Source: an uncultured Acidobacteriota bacterium (lineage in GTDB: Bacteria > Acidobacteriota > JAQAZP01). From it: DNA of 64,000 nt. A model generated the notes under the pieces. It saw only the letters and a list, made by a program, of their open reading frames with translations. It made no database searches and was not told where the DNA came from. Location of the stretch: assembly GCA_963836075.1 (NCBI GenBank), contig CAWIIB010000009.1, forward strand, positions 2,880,001 to 2,944,000. Direction: 5' to 3'. Both the position numbers and the translations under genes were made by a program. Shown here in pieces: positions 38,670-47,992 of this stretch. Position 1 is the stretch's first letter, and every line of letters begins with the position of its first letter.

Positions 38670-39556
38670 AGATTGCCATTGCCGGTGTTATCGGAAAGTG
38701 GTCCACTGAACGACTGGCCGAATGTTTGCGCGCACGCGGCGCGGAGACCATGCTGTTCCAGGTCTGGGACTGCCTGCTGGATCTCGACGGCGGGACGGTC
38801 CGCTACCAGGGGAAGCCTGTTCAAGGCTTCGACGGAGTGGTGGTGAAGAAGATGGGTGAGTTGACCCACGAGAATTTCACCTACCGGTTGGGGGTGCTGC
38901 GCCAGCTGGAACGGAACGGGGCCCGCGTCTTTTCGCCCCCCGACCAGATCGCGGTGGTGGCCGACCGCCTGGAGGTGACCCGGACCCTGCGCTGGGCCGG
39001 CCTCCCCATGTCGCCCACGGTGGTCACCGAATCGGTGGACGAGGCCCTGGACGCGTTGTCCCGTTTCGGCAAGGGCGTGCTCAAGCCGATCTTCACCACC
39101 AAGGGGCGGGGCATGAAACTTCTGGATTCCGCAAACCGCGACGAAGCGGCGGCCGAGCTGGGCCGCTTCCGCGAAGCCGGCCTCGGGCCGTTCTACCTGC
39201 AGCAGTTCGTCGACGCCCGGGACGGACGGGACATCGGCATCTCGGTGCTCGACGGCAAAATCATCGGCACCTATTACCGCATCGCCGGGGAAGGTAACTG
39301 GATGACCACCATCCACTCCGGGGGCCGATACGAGGCCTGCGAATTGACACCTGAACTGGAAGAGATCGCCCTGCGCGCGGCCAATGCCTTCCGCCTCGAC
39401 TTCACCGGAGTGGACGTGGTGCAGGCGCCGGACGGCAGCCTGATGCTCTACGAGGTGAGCGCCTTTGGCGGCTTCAAGGGCTGCCGGGTGGCCCTCGACC
39501 TCGACGCGGCTGATCTCTACGCCGAATATATCGTCCGGACACTGGCGTCCGCCTGA
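38666..39556 (+). CDS. GAK-system ATP-grasp enzyme (RimK-like)
   Basis: WSTERLA, VVKKMG, KPIFTTKGRG, FYLQQFV, WMTTIHSGG.Y, FTGVDV and EVSAFGGF. Confidence 0.85.
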   Translation: MKIAIAGVIGKWSTERLAECLRARGAETMLFQVWDCLLDLDGGTVRYQGKPVQGFDGVVVKKMGELTHENFTYRLGVLRQLERNGARVFSPPDQIAVVADRLEVTRTLRWAGLPMSPTVVTESVDEALDALSRFGKGVLKPIFTTKGRGMKLLDSANRDEAAAELGRFREAGLGPFYLQQFVDARDGRDIGISVLDGKIIGTYYRIAGEGNWMTTIHSGGRYEACELTPELEEIALRAANAFRLDFTGVDVVQAPDGSLMLYEVSAFGGFKGCRVALDLDAADLYAEYIVRTLASA

Positions 39557-39570
39557 AGGAGAAGCGAATC

Positions 39571-40668
39571 ATGGGAACCATCCAACGGGTCCTCGAGGAA
39601 TACGATTCCGGGTTCAGCGCGGACCACCGGCTGCTGCTCGACCTGCACGGGGTGAAGATCCGGGTCAACACCGATTCGGACGAGGTGGCCGGGCTCCTGC
39701 GGGACTATTACGCCGACTACCTGGCGGCAGGCGGGCCGGAGGACGGAGGTGCAGACTGCTACCGCATCGACGCGCACCAGCGGTGGATCAAGGTCGACCA
39801 GGACGAACTGGCCATCTATGTGGAGCAGGGGAAGACCAAGCCCAAGGAAGCCTTCCTCGACGATCCCGATACGGGCCTGCGGTTGATGCTCAAGGTGCGC
39901 TCCGGGGTGCTGGCGCTGCTGGGCCGGCGGCACATCCGGGTCGCCGGCGACCTGGTGGGCTTCATCAACCAGCTGAACAACATCATCAATGCCGTGTTCA
40001 TCATCGACCGCATGGACGCGGGCTACACCCTGTTCCACGCCTCGGCCCTGGCCCGCGGCGACCGGGGGATGATCGTCAGCGGCCGCTCCGGAGCGGGCAA
40101 GAGCTCGGCGGCCATCTGGACCCTGGAGCACGGCATCTCGATCATCAGCAACGACCGGCTGCTGGCCCGGCGGGCCCCCGGGGAGGGGACCGGCGCCATC
40201 CCCATGCTCGGCGTGCCCAAGAAGCCGCGGATCAATCCCGGCACCATTGTCGGCAACCCCAAACTGCACGGGATGATGACGCCAGCGGAGCTGGCCCGCT
40301 ACCGGGCGATGCCGATGGAGGAACTGTGGCACGTCGAACACAAATACGACCTGCAGGTCAAGGCACTGTTCGGGCCGCAGGCCGAGCAGGCCACGGCCAT
40401 GCTTCACGCCGCCTTCTTTATCGACTGGGAAGTGGGTGGCGGTGACTACCACTGTGATCTGTTGCCCGGTGAGCGCTACCCCGAGTTCTACCGGGCGGTG
40501 TTCAAGGACGGCGGCGTGTTCGACCTGAACAATCGTGAGACGAGCCTTAAACCGGAGCACGAAGCGGAATATCAGCGGGTGCTTGAAGGCATCCCTGTCT
40601 ATCACGTGACCGGCGGTGTGTCCTTTGAATCGCTGGTGGAGAGCATTCTTCAGAGCGCCCGCGGGTAG
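39571..40668 (+). CDS. HprK-related kinase B (GAK-system type)
   Basis: KEAFLD, KVRSG, NQLNN.IN, HAS, Walker A GRSGAGKS, SNDRL, GVPKKPRINPGTI and LW..EHKYD. Confidence 0.82.
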   Translation: MGTIQRVLEEYDSGFSADHRLLLDLHGVKIRVNTDSDEVAGLLRDYYADYLAAGGPEDGGADCYRIDAHQRWIKVDQDELAIYVEQGKTKPKEAFLDDPDTGLRLMLKVRSGVLALLGRRHIRVAGDLVGFINQLNNIINAVFIIDRMDAGYTLFHASALARGDRGMIVSGRSGAGKSSAAIWTLEHGISIISNDRLLARRAPGEGTGAIPMLGVPKKPRINPGTIVGNPKLHGMMTPAELARYRAMPMEELWHVEHKYDLQVKALFGPQAEQATAMLHAAFFIDWEVGGGDYHCDLLPGERYPEFYRAVFKDGGVFDLNNRETSLKPEHEAEYQRVLEGIPVYHVTGGVSFESLVESILQSARG

Positions 40669-40715
40669 ACCCGTTCCGGCGTCAATACGAAACCTGTAAC
40701 GAGGGGGGGAAAGAG

Positions 40716-41459
40716 ATGAAGAAGAAGCTGTGGGATGACAGGATGTTGCCGCTGGGGTTGATCTGTCTGCTGGCCCTTTCCGCCGGCCCGGCCCTGGCCG
40801 GTGATTCGCCGGACTACCTGTACGCGGCGCGCAAGACCGTCGACCTCTACTCCATGCCCGCGGACACGGCCGATATCCTCACCTCGGTCCCCCTGGGCAC
40901 GATCATGCTGGAGATGGAAGAGTCGCCCACCGGCTGGGTCCAGGTCCAGACCATGGACAGTACCGTGGGCTGGGTGGAGGCGGTGGAGGTTTCCGACGAC
41001 GTTCCCACGCGCATCTTTGCCCAGCGTCCCACGGTGACGGTCCACTACTGTCCCACAATGGAATGCCCCGAGGTGGAGCGGGCCGGATTCGACACGGAGA
41101 TCATGCAGGTGGACGAGGACGACGACTGGGTCCAGGTGGTGATGCCCAACGGCGTGGTGGGCTGGGTCGATGAAGATTTCGTCTCCGAGAAACCGCCCAA
41201 GCGCTACGTGGTGATGGTGCCCAGCGCCAACCTGCGTTCGTGCAACAGCGAGGAGTGCCCGCTGATCACCACCGTCACCGCCGGGACAACGCTGATCCGG
41301 ATGGACAAGAGTGACGACTGGTACCAGGTGTGCACCACCAGCGGGGTCAGCGGCTGGATCTTCGAGGAACTGGTGCTCCGCGAGGACAAGGCGCAGCAGT
41401 TGCCGCCGTTGACGGTTCCGCCGGCCGGCAGCGCCGCGCCTGTGCCCACCGACGGATAA
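40716..41459 (+). CDS. Secreted protein with three SH3b-like domains
   Basis: Signal peptide; three repeats ending W.QV....G..GWV/I. Confidence 0.75.
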   Translation: MKKKLWDDRMLPLGLICLLALSAGPALAGDSPDYLYAARKTVDLYSMPADTADILTSVPLGTIMLEMEESPTGWVQVQTMDSTVGWVEAVEVSDDVPTRIFAQRPTVTVHYCPTMECPEVERAGFDTEIMQVDEDDDWVQVVMPNGVVGWVDEDFVSEKPPKRYVVMVPSANLRSCNSEECPLITTVTAGTTLIRMDKSDDWYQVCTTSGVSGWIFEELVLREDKAQQLPPLTVPPAGSAAPVPTDG

Positions 41460-41483
41460 CCACCAGCGGGCAGGGAGTGAACC

Positions 41484-42953
41484 ATGGCCAGGCTCATTAT
41501 CGTCAGCGGCCCCGGGGCGGGAACCGAGCACCTTCTCGAGGGCGGCAGGACCAGTATCGGCCGCGATCCGGCCAACACTATCGTGATCGGCGACAGTCTC
41601 GTGTCCAAGCGCCATGCCGAAATCATCCGCGACGAGGATGGCGGCTTGCGTATCGTTGACGTCGGTTCAAGCAACGGCACCCTGGTCAATGACCGGCAGG
41701 TGGTGGAGCACCGCTTGTCCCACAACGACGAGGTCCAGCTGGGCGAGAGCCTGCTGCGCTTCGAGAGTGAAGCGGCGCCGGCCGTTGACGATGGTGCGAA
41801 AACAGTCTTCATCGATGATGCGGCCACCCGCCTGTCGTTCCCCTCCGACGCCGTGGAGGCGGCCCGCTCCCCCCGGCCGCCCTCCGGCGGGGCGGAACCG
41901 GACAGCACCATCTACATCAGTGACGATGACGGGCCGGCCCAGGCCGCACCGTATCCGCCGGCGCCCGTTGCGGAGCCGGTCCCCAGGCTGCGGAAGAAAC
42001 AGACCAATCTGCCGGTGATGCCGATCCTGCTCGCCTTTATCGCGGTGATGATCATCATCGGCTGTCTGCTGACCTGGAAGGTGGTGCAGCGGACCCGCGG
42101 GGAACAGGCCCCAACGGCAGCGGAAACTGAAACGGCCGCGGTCCCGGACGGCGGCGGCAGCGCCGCGGAGGACGGTGCCGGCTCCGTACCGCCCACCCTG
42201 GTGGAGGAGGAGAACCTGATAGCCGAACCGCTGGAGTCCACCGCGCCGGTGCGGACGGCGCCGGCGCCGGTGACCGGATCGCGGACCGGACAGGCCGCGG
42301 CCCCGCCCCGGACCACTGCGCCGCAAACCGTTGCGCCGCCGCCGGCGACCTCACCGCCCCCGTCCACCCGGGCCCCCGCGCCGCCACCCGCCAGGACCTC
42401 TACACCGCCGCCCACGCGGACCTACACGCCGCCGGCCCGCCCCCGTGAAGTGCCGCCGTCCACCGGCAGCCCCGCCGGCACCGCGACCACGGGCACCGGC
42501 GGTCCGGCCACCGCCGCGACGGCGCCACCGGCCACCACGGCGGCCACGCCAAAGGAGGTGGTGCCCGACGCCACCCACGGAGTGCTGCACGTGATCACCA
42601 AGCCGGTGGGGGCCACCATCTACATCAACGAGGAACTGGTGGGGAAATCGAACACCAAGAAACGGATGTCGGCGGGAAAATACATCATCCGCCTGGAGCA
42701 CCAGGGGCAGTCGGTCACCGATGACGTGAAGGTCAAGGTTCAGCAGGTCAGCACCTTCTACCACGACTTTCTCCCTCCGCCGCCGGACGAGGACGAGGAC
42801 GAGGACGACAAGGACGACGACGACGAGGACGAGGACGAAGACGACGAGGACGAAGACGAGGATGACGAGGACGACGAGGACGAGGACGACGAGGATGACG
42901 AGAAGAAGAAAAAGAAGGGTTTCAAGAAGAGACTCAAGGACATTTTTGGTTAG
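41484..42953 (+). CDS. FHA domain + TM helix + Pro/Thr linker + PEGA domain protein with Asp/Glu-rich and basic tail
   Basis: IGR...VSKRHA...DVGSSNGT (FHA), TM ILLAFIAVMIIIGCLL and LHVITKPVGATIYIN (PEGA). Confidence 0.85.
   Translation: MARLIIVSGPGAGTEHLLEGGRTSIGRDPANTIVIGDSLVSKRHAEIIRDEDGGLRIVDVGSSNGTLVNDRQVVEHRLSHNDEVQLGESLLRFESEAAPAVDDGAKTVFIDDAATRLSFPSDAVEAARSPRPPSGGAEPDSTIYISDDDGPAQAAPYPPAPVAEPVPRLRKKQTNLPVMPILLAFIAVMIIIGCLLTWKVVQRTRGEQAPTAAETETAAVPDGGGSAAEDGAGSVPPTLVEEENLIAEPLESTAPVRTAPAPVTGSRTGQAAAPPRTTAPQTVAPPPATSPPPSTRAPAPPPARTSTPPPTRTYTPPARPREVPPSTGSPAGTATTGTGGPATAATAPPATTAATPKEVVPDATHGVLHVITKPVGATIYINEELVGKSNTKKRMSAGKYIIRLEHQGQSVTDDVKVKVQQVSTFYHDFLPPPPDEDEDEDDKDDDDEDEDEDDEDEDEDDEDDEDEDDEDDEKKKKKGFKKRLKDIFG
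42786..42902 (+). repeat. Low-complexity GAC/GAG tract encoding 39 residues, 38 of them Asp/Glu
   Basis: Read directly from the sequence. Confidence 0.9.
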
Positions 42954-43968
42954 GCGGTTGACGGTGTCCCTCACGGCCCCGGCCCTGATCCTCCTTGCGC
43001 TTTCGGCCTGCACCGGCTCTCGTGTCGCGGCGACGGTGGCCCTGCCGGCCGCTGCCGCTGCCGAGGGCCTCCACCAGCCGGCCCGGCTGCTTCCGGCGCT
43101 GGTGATCGAGCATCCCGACTTTTCCATCATCGACGGGGTCTGTGTCGGTCCCGGCGGCGAGATCTTCGTGTCGGACAAGGGCATCCATGCCATCTTTGTC
43201 TTTGATGATTCGGGACGGTTCCTGCGGCGGTTCGGCCGGCTGGGTGATGGTGAGGGGCAGCTGCACGAGCCCACCGGCATCGCCTTTGACCGGGACGGCC
43301 GCCTGGTGGTGGTGGACCAGGGCAACGGCCGGGTCCAGATCTTCAACACCGCGGGGCAGTTTGTCCTCGCCTTCGGCAACAAAGGCCGCAGGCCGGGGGA
43401 GTTCACCGAGCCCCAGGGGGTGGCCCTGGACGGCGAGGGGCGCATCCTGGTCACCGATGCCACGGCCAACCGGGTCCAGGTGTTCGACAGCCAGGGGCGC
43501 TACCTGCACGGTTTTGGTTCCTCAGGCAAGGGGGACGGCGAGTTTGACGAGCCGGAATCCATCACCGTGGACGCCCGTGGCCGGATCCTGGTGGCCGACG
43601 AGGGGAACCACCGGGTCCAGGTGTTCGACGCGGACGGGATTTACCAGTTCAGCTTCGGTGCTGTTGGCCAGGGGCCGGGCCACTTCGTCAAGGACGTGGA
43701 GGGACTGGCCCTGGATGGTGCCGGGCTGGTGTTCGCTCTCGACGAGAGGGGGGGCAAGATCGAAATCTTCGATGGCGAGGGCCGGTCCCGGGGCAGCTTC
43801 GGCGGCGGCCCGGGAGGGGAGCCGGGACAGTTCAACAGCCCCGATGGCATGACGCTCAATGAGGAACAGGGCCTGCTGCTGGTGGCCGACCAGGGCAACC
43901 GCCGGGTCCAGGTGTTCCGTCTGGACGAGATTCGCCGGGCGGTGAGCGGTGCGGCCGACGCCGGGTAA
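42946..43968 (+). CDS. NHL-repeat six-bladed beta-propeller protein, probable lipoprotein
   Basis: Repeated F..P.G(I/V)A.D..G.I.V.D.GNHRVQVF; lipobox-like LSAC. Start uncertain. Confidence 0.85.
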   Translation: MVRRLTVSLTAPALILLALSACTGSRVAATVALPAAAAAEGLHQPARLLPALVIEHPDFSIIDGVCVGPGGEIFVSDKGIHAIFVFDDSGRFLRRFGRLGDGEGQLHEPTGIAFDRDGRLVVVDQGNGRVQIFNTAGQFVLAFGNKGRRPGEFTEPQGVALDGEGRILVTDATANRVQVFDSQGRYLHGFGSSGKGDGEFDEPESITVDARGRILVADEGNHRVQVFDADGIYQFSFGAVGQGPGHFVKDVEGLALDGAGLVFALDERGGKIEIFDGEGRSRGSFGGGPGGEPGQFNSPDGMTLNEEQGLLLVADQGNRRVQVFRLDEIRRAVSGAADAG

Positions 43969-44004
43969 GCGGGTCGGGCCACCCACCGCGGAAAGGAAAT
44001 CAGG

Positions 44005-44586
44005 ATGTTCGCTCCACTGAACAGCACAAAACACCGGGCGCGTCTGGCCGCCTGCTGGACCCTGGTTCTGCTCTTCGTTCTGCTGGCGGGCAGCGGCTGC
44101 GGCGAGAGCAAACTGGATGAATACACCACCACGCTGCGCAAGGATTTCGACGCCGACGAGCGTGAAGAGGCAGCGGAGAAGCTGGGGAAGCTGGGTGACC
44201 CGGCCGCCATCCCCGCCCTCCGTGCCGCCACCCGGGACCCGGACGACAAGGTGCGGGAGGCCGCGGCCGAAGCCCTGGGGCTGCTGGCCGACCCTGCCTC
44301 CGGCACTGACCTGGTTGCCCTGCTGCGCGACCCGGAGAAGAAGGTGCGCCGCGAGGCGGTCAAGGCCCTGGGGCTGATCGGGGACCCCCAGCGGGTGGGT
44401 GACCTGCTGCCCATGCTGGGGGACCGGTCCAGCGACATCCGGGAGGAGACCGCCGAGGCCCTGGGCCGCATCGGCTCCCCGCTGGCCCTGCCGGCGCTGC
44501 AGCGCCTGGCCGCCGAAGACAGCGATGGGGACGTACGGCGGGTGGCCCAGTTCGCCGTGCGGCGCATCGAGGATCAGGCCCCGTAG
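44005..44586 (+). CDS. HEAT/PBS-lyase repeat lipoprotein
   Basis: Hydrophobic signal ending LAGSGC; repeated D...VR..AA.ALG..GD. Confidence 0.82.
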   Translation: MFAPLNSTKHRARLAACWTLVLLFVLLAGSGCGESKLDEYTTTLRKDFDADEREEAAEKLGKLGDPAAIPALRAATRDPDDKVREAAAEALGLLADPASGTDLVALLRDPEKKVRREAVKALGLIGDPQRVGDLLPMLGDRSSDIREETAEALGRIGSPLALPALQRLAAEDSDGDVRRVAQFAVRRIEDQAP

Positions 44587-44587
44587 C

Positions 44588-47500
44588 TCAGAGCACCTTC
44601 ACCGCCACGGCGGTGATGTCGTCGTGCTGCGGCGCTCCGGCGGCGAACCGCTGGACATCGCCGATCACCGCGTCGAGGATCTGCTTGGCGCTCATCCCGC
44701 CGGTGTCCATGCGCTCCAGCAGGCGCCGCAGGGCCCCGGTCTCGTAGAAGCGGCGTGAGGGGTCCTGGCTCTCCGGGATGCCGTCGGTGAGCAGCAGCAG
44801 GACGTCTCCGGCCTGGAGGTTGACGGTGCTCTCCTCGGTACTCCCCGTCGGGGAGGATGCCCAGCGGCAGTTTCGACCCCTCGGACTTCAGCGTCAGGAT
44901 CTCACCCCCCGAACGTTTGAGCAGCGGTTCCACCAGGCCGGCGTTGGTGAAGGTCAACACCCGTGAGGCCAGATCCAGACGGGCAAAGCAGAGCGCGGTG
45001 AAGGTGGAGCGCGAGGTCTTGTTGTATACCGGCAGGTTGGCCGCGGCCACCACCTCTGCCGCCGAGCGGTTGCGCCGTGCCTCGGCCTGGATCACGCCGG
45101 TGGTCAGCACGGCGGTGAGCGCCGCGTCCATCGATTTTCCGGCCACGTCGGCCACGGCGATACCGAGAGCGGTGTGATCGTCGTCGAGCCAGATGAAATC
45201 GTAGAAATCACCTCCCACCGTGTTGGCCGGGATACAGGTGCCGTCGATATCGTAGCCCGCGGTCTGCGGCGGGGCCTGGGGCAGGATGGACGCCTGGGTG
45301 TCGCGGGCGGTCTGCAGCTCGCTGCGCAGGCCCAGCACCCGCACCCGGTGGCGGTAGGCCGCGGTGACCGCGACGGCCATGGTCAGCGCCAGCAGCGCGA
45401 GGAACCAGCCCCGCTGCCAGAAGGGCGGGGTGACGGTGATGTCCAGCGACGCCTCCACTTCGCTCCACACCCCATCGTTGTTGGAGGCGCGGACCCGCAG
45501 GGTGTAGCGGCCCGGGTCGAGGTTGGTGTAGCTGGCGTGCCGCCGGGTGCCGGCGTCGTTCCACTCGTCGTCCAGCCCCTCCAGACGGTAGGTATACCGG
45601 TTTTTCTCCGGCTGGCGGAAGTTCAGCGCCGAGAACTGGACGTGGATGTCGTTGTAGCGATGGGGCAGGGTCACCGCGGCCCGGGAGGAGAGGGGCCGCT
45701 GGTTGGCCAGATCGAGGCCCGGCACCGTGATCCGGGTCAGCACCACCGGCGGCGTGCTGCGGTTTTCGGCGATCTCTTCCGGGTGGAAGCTGGTGTAGCC
45801 GTTGATCCCGCCGAAGAACATCTCTCCGTCGGGGCTCTTCCAGGCCGAGGCGGAGTTGAACTCGTTGCTCTGCAGGCCGTCGCTCATGTCGTAGTTGCGA
45901 ATCTCGAGAATTCCACCATCGCTGGAGTGCATGAAGCGGCAGATCCCATGGTTGGTGCTGATCCAGAAGCTGCCAACGTCGTCCTCCAGAATGGTGTAGA
46001 TCACGTTGTTCGGCAGCCCGTCCCGCACGTAGTAGCGCCGGCATTTGCCGGTGGCCGGGTCGAAACGGTTGAGCCCCAGGCCGGTGCCCAGCCAGAGGAT
46101 GCCGTCGGGCGTGGGGTGGATCGCCAGGATCCGGTCGTCGCTGACACTCTCCCGGTCCTGGGGGTCGTGTCGAAACCGGGTGAACGACCCGGTCGCCTCG
46201 TCGTAGCGGTTCAGCCCCCCGCCATTGGTTGCCACCCAGATGGTGCCGTCCCGGTCCTCGGCGATACAGTAGATGCCGTTGGAACTGAGGCTTGTCGGGT
46301 CGTCGTCGTCGCGCAGGAACCGGGTGAAGGTGCCCCTTTCGTGGTCCATCAGGTTCACCCCTCCGCCGCCGGTGCCGATCCAGAAACGGCCGCTCCGGTC
46401 CTCGTAGATGTACTGGACCACGTCGGAACTGATGCTGGCCGGGTCCTCGGGGTCGTGCTGGTAGTGAACGAAATCGTCGGTCTCCGGCCGGTAGCGGTCC
46501 AGCCCGTTGCCGGCGGTGCCGGCCCAGAGCGTGCCCTGGCTGTCCACCATGGCATACCAGACCGTGTTCAGGCTGAGGCTGCCTGGAACGTCCGGATCGA
46601 AGAGATGGCGGTGGTGCTTCCCGCTGCCGTCGACACGGGTCAGACCACCGTTGACCAGGCCGAGCCACAGGTTGCCCTCGGGGTCGCCGGTGATGGTGCG
46701 GACCACCAGGTGCTGGATGCTGTCCGGGTTTCCCTGGATGTGGGTGTGGTGGATGAACGGTTTCTTTTCCCGGTCGAAGATGTTCAACCCGGCCCCGTTG
46801 GTCCCGATCCAGATCAGCCCCGAGCGGTCCTCGATCATGGCCAGGATGAAATCGAGGCTCAGGCTGGCGGGATCCCCCGGAACGTAGGGGTAGTGGGACC
46901 AGGAAGCGTCCCCTTCTGCCAGGGTGCAGATCCCGGACAGCAGCGTCCCGACCCAGATCATCCCCCGGCTGTCGGTGAGCAAGGACGCGACGGGCTGCGT
47001 CGCCAGGTTTACGGCCTCTCCCGGGACGGAGGTCTGCCGGGTCACCCGGCCGGTGGCCGGGTCGATGCGGTTCAGACCCGCCCTGGTGCCGACCCAGATG
47101 TCACCGGACGGTCCTTCGCAGATGGCGAGCACAAAGGGGGAACTGAGCGTGGACGGATCCTCCGCAACGGAACCGTAGGTGGTTGCCGAGCCGCTGCGGG
47201 GATCGAGACGCGCCAGGCCGTTGTTGGTGCCGATCCACAGGTCGCCGCGGCTGTCCTCGAATATTTCTCGCACCGGGGCGGGTCTGCTGTCCGCCGTATC
47301 CCCGGATGCTTCCGAGTGATGGCTGAACGAATGGTCAGCGGGTTCGTAGCGGTCGAGGCCGGTCCTGGTGCCGGCCCAGATCCGGCCGGCGGAATCCCGG
47401 TGAACCGCCAGCACCACATCGTGGGACAGGCTCAGCGGGTCGCCGGCCGCGGCCCGGTGATGGGTGAAGCGGTCGGTGGAGCGGTCCAGACGGTCAAGCC

Positions 47501-47924
47501 CGGCCATGGTGGCCACCCAGATGCTCCCGTCCTCCCCCTCGCAGAGGCTGTTGACCATGTCGTGGCCCAGGGTTTCAGTGTCTTCCGGGTCGTGGCGGTA
47601 CACGGTGAAGGTGTAGCCGTCGTAGCGGTTGAGCCCGTCTTCGGTGCCGAACCAGAGGAACCCGACGCTGTCCTGGAGGATGCAGCGGACGCTGCTCTGG
47701 GAGAGGCCGTGTTCCACGGAAAGACGCTGAAAGCCCACCTCATTGGGCGTTACCGGCGTGCCCCCTTCCGCGGGGATGCCGAGCAGGGCGAGGATCAGGA
47801 ATCCTGTCACTGCGAGGAGCCGCAGGCGACAAAGCAACCTCCTCCGCACACCTGCCGCTGAAAGCGGATGGCTTCGGAGTGCCGCAAATGACAGCTGTTT
47901 CCACTCTGTTCCCTGTCGGTTCAT
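44588..47924 (-). CDS. Two-component-regulator propeller sensor (Reg_prop + Y_Y_Y) fused to SpoIIE/PP2C phosphatase; +1 frameshift at GGTAC 44837-44841
   Basis: About 14 D..G.IW.GT..GL repeats, YTYRLEG...ASYTNLDPG.Y, PPFW + TM, VGGDFYD and ADVAGK. Correction restores LLLTDGI...HDDITAV and a stop at 44588. Confidence 0.88.
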
Positions 47925-47992
47925 ACCTTAGTATACGCGGAAAGGACGGCCAAAGGTTTTGCGGCCGGCGCAGCGGGGGAGCGGGGGCAGGA

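Noticed and set aside
42786-42902. GAC/GAG tract as a phase-variable microsatellite
   Set aside because: It uses mixed codons in a trinucleotide frame, so slippage would not switch the frame. Treated as a protein feature.
45174-47861. 895-aa plus-strand ORF and other long antisense ORFs (e.g. 36051-38516, 21832-24036, 47879-49852, 2851-4464)
   Set aside because: These are shadow ORFs opposite well-supported genes, expected at high GC, and they contain no recognisable motifs.
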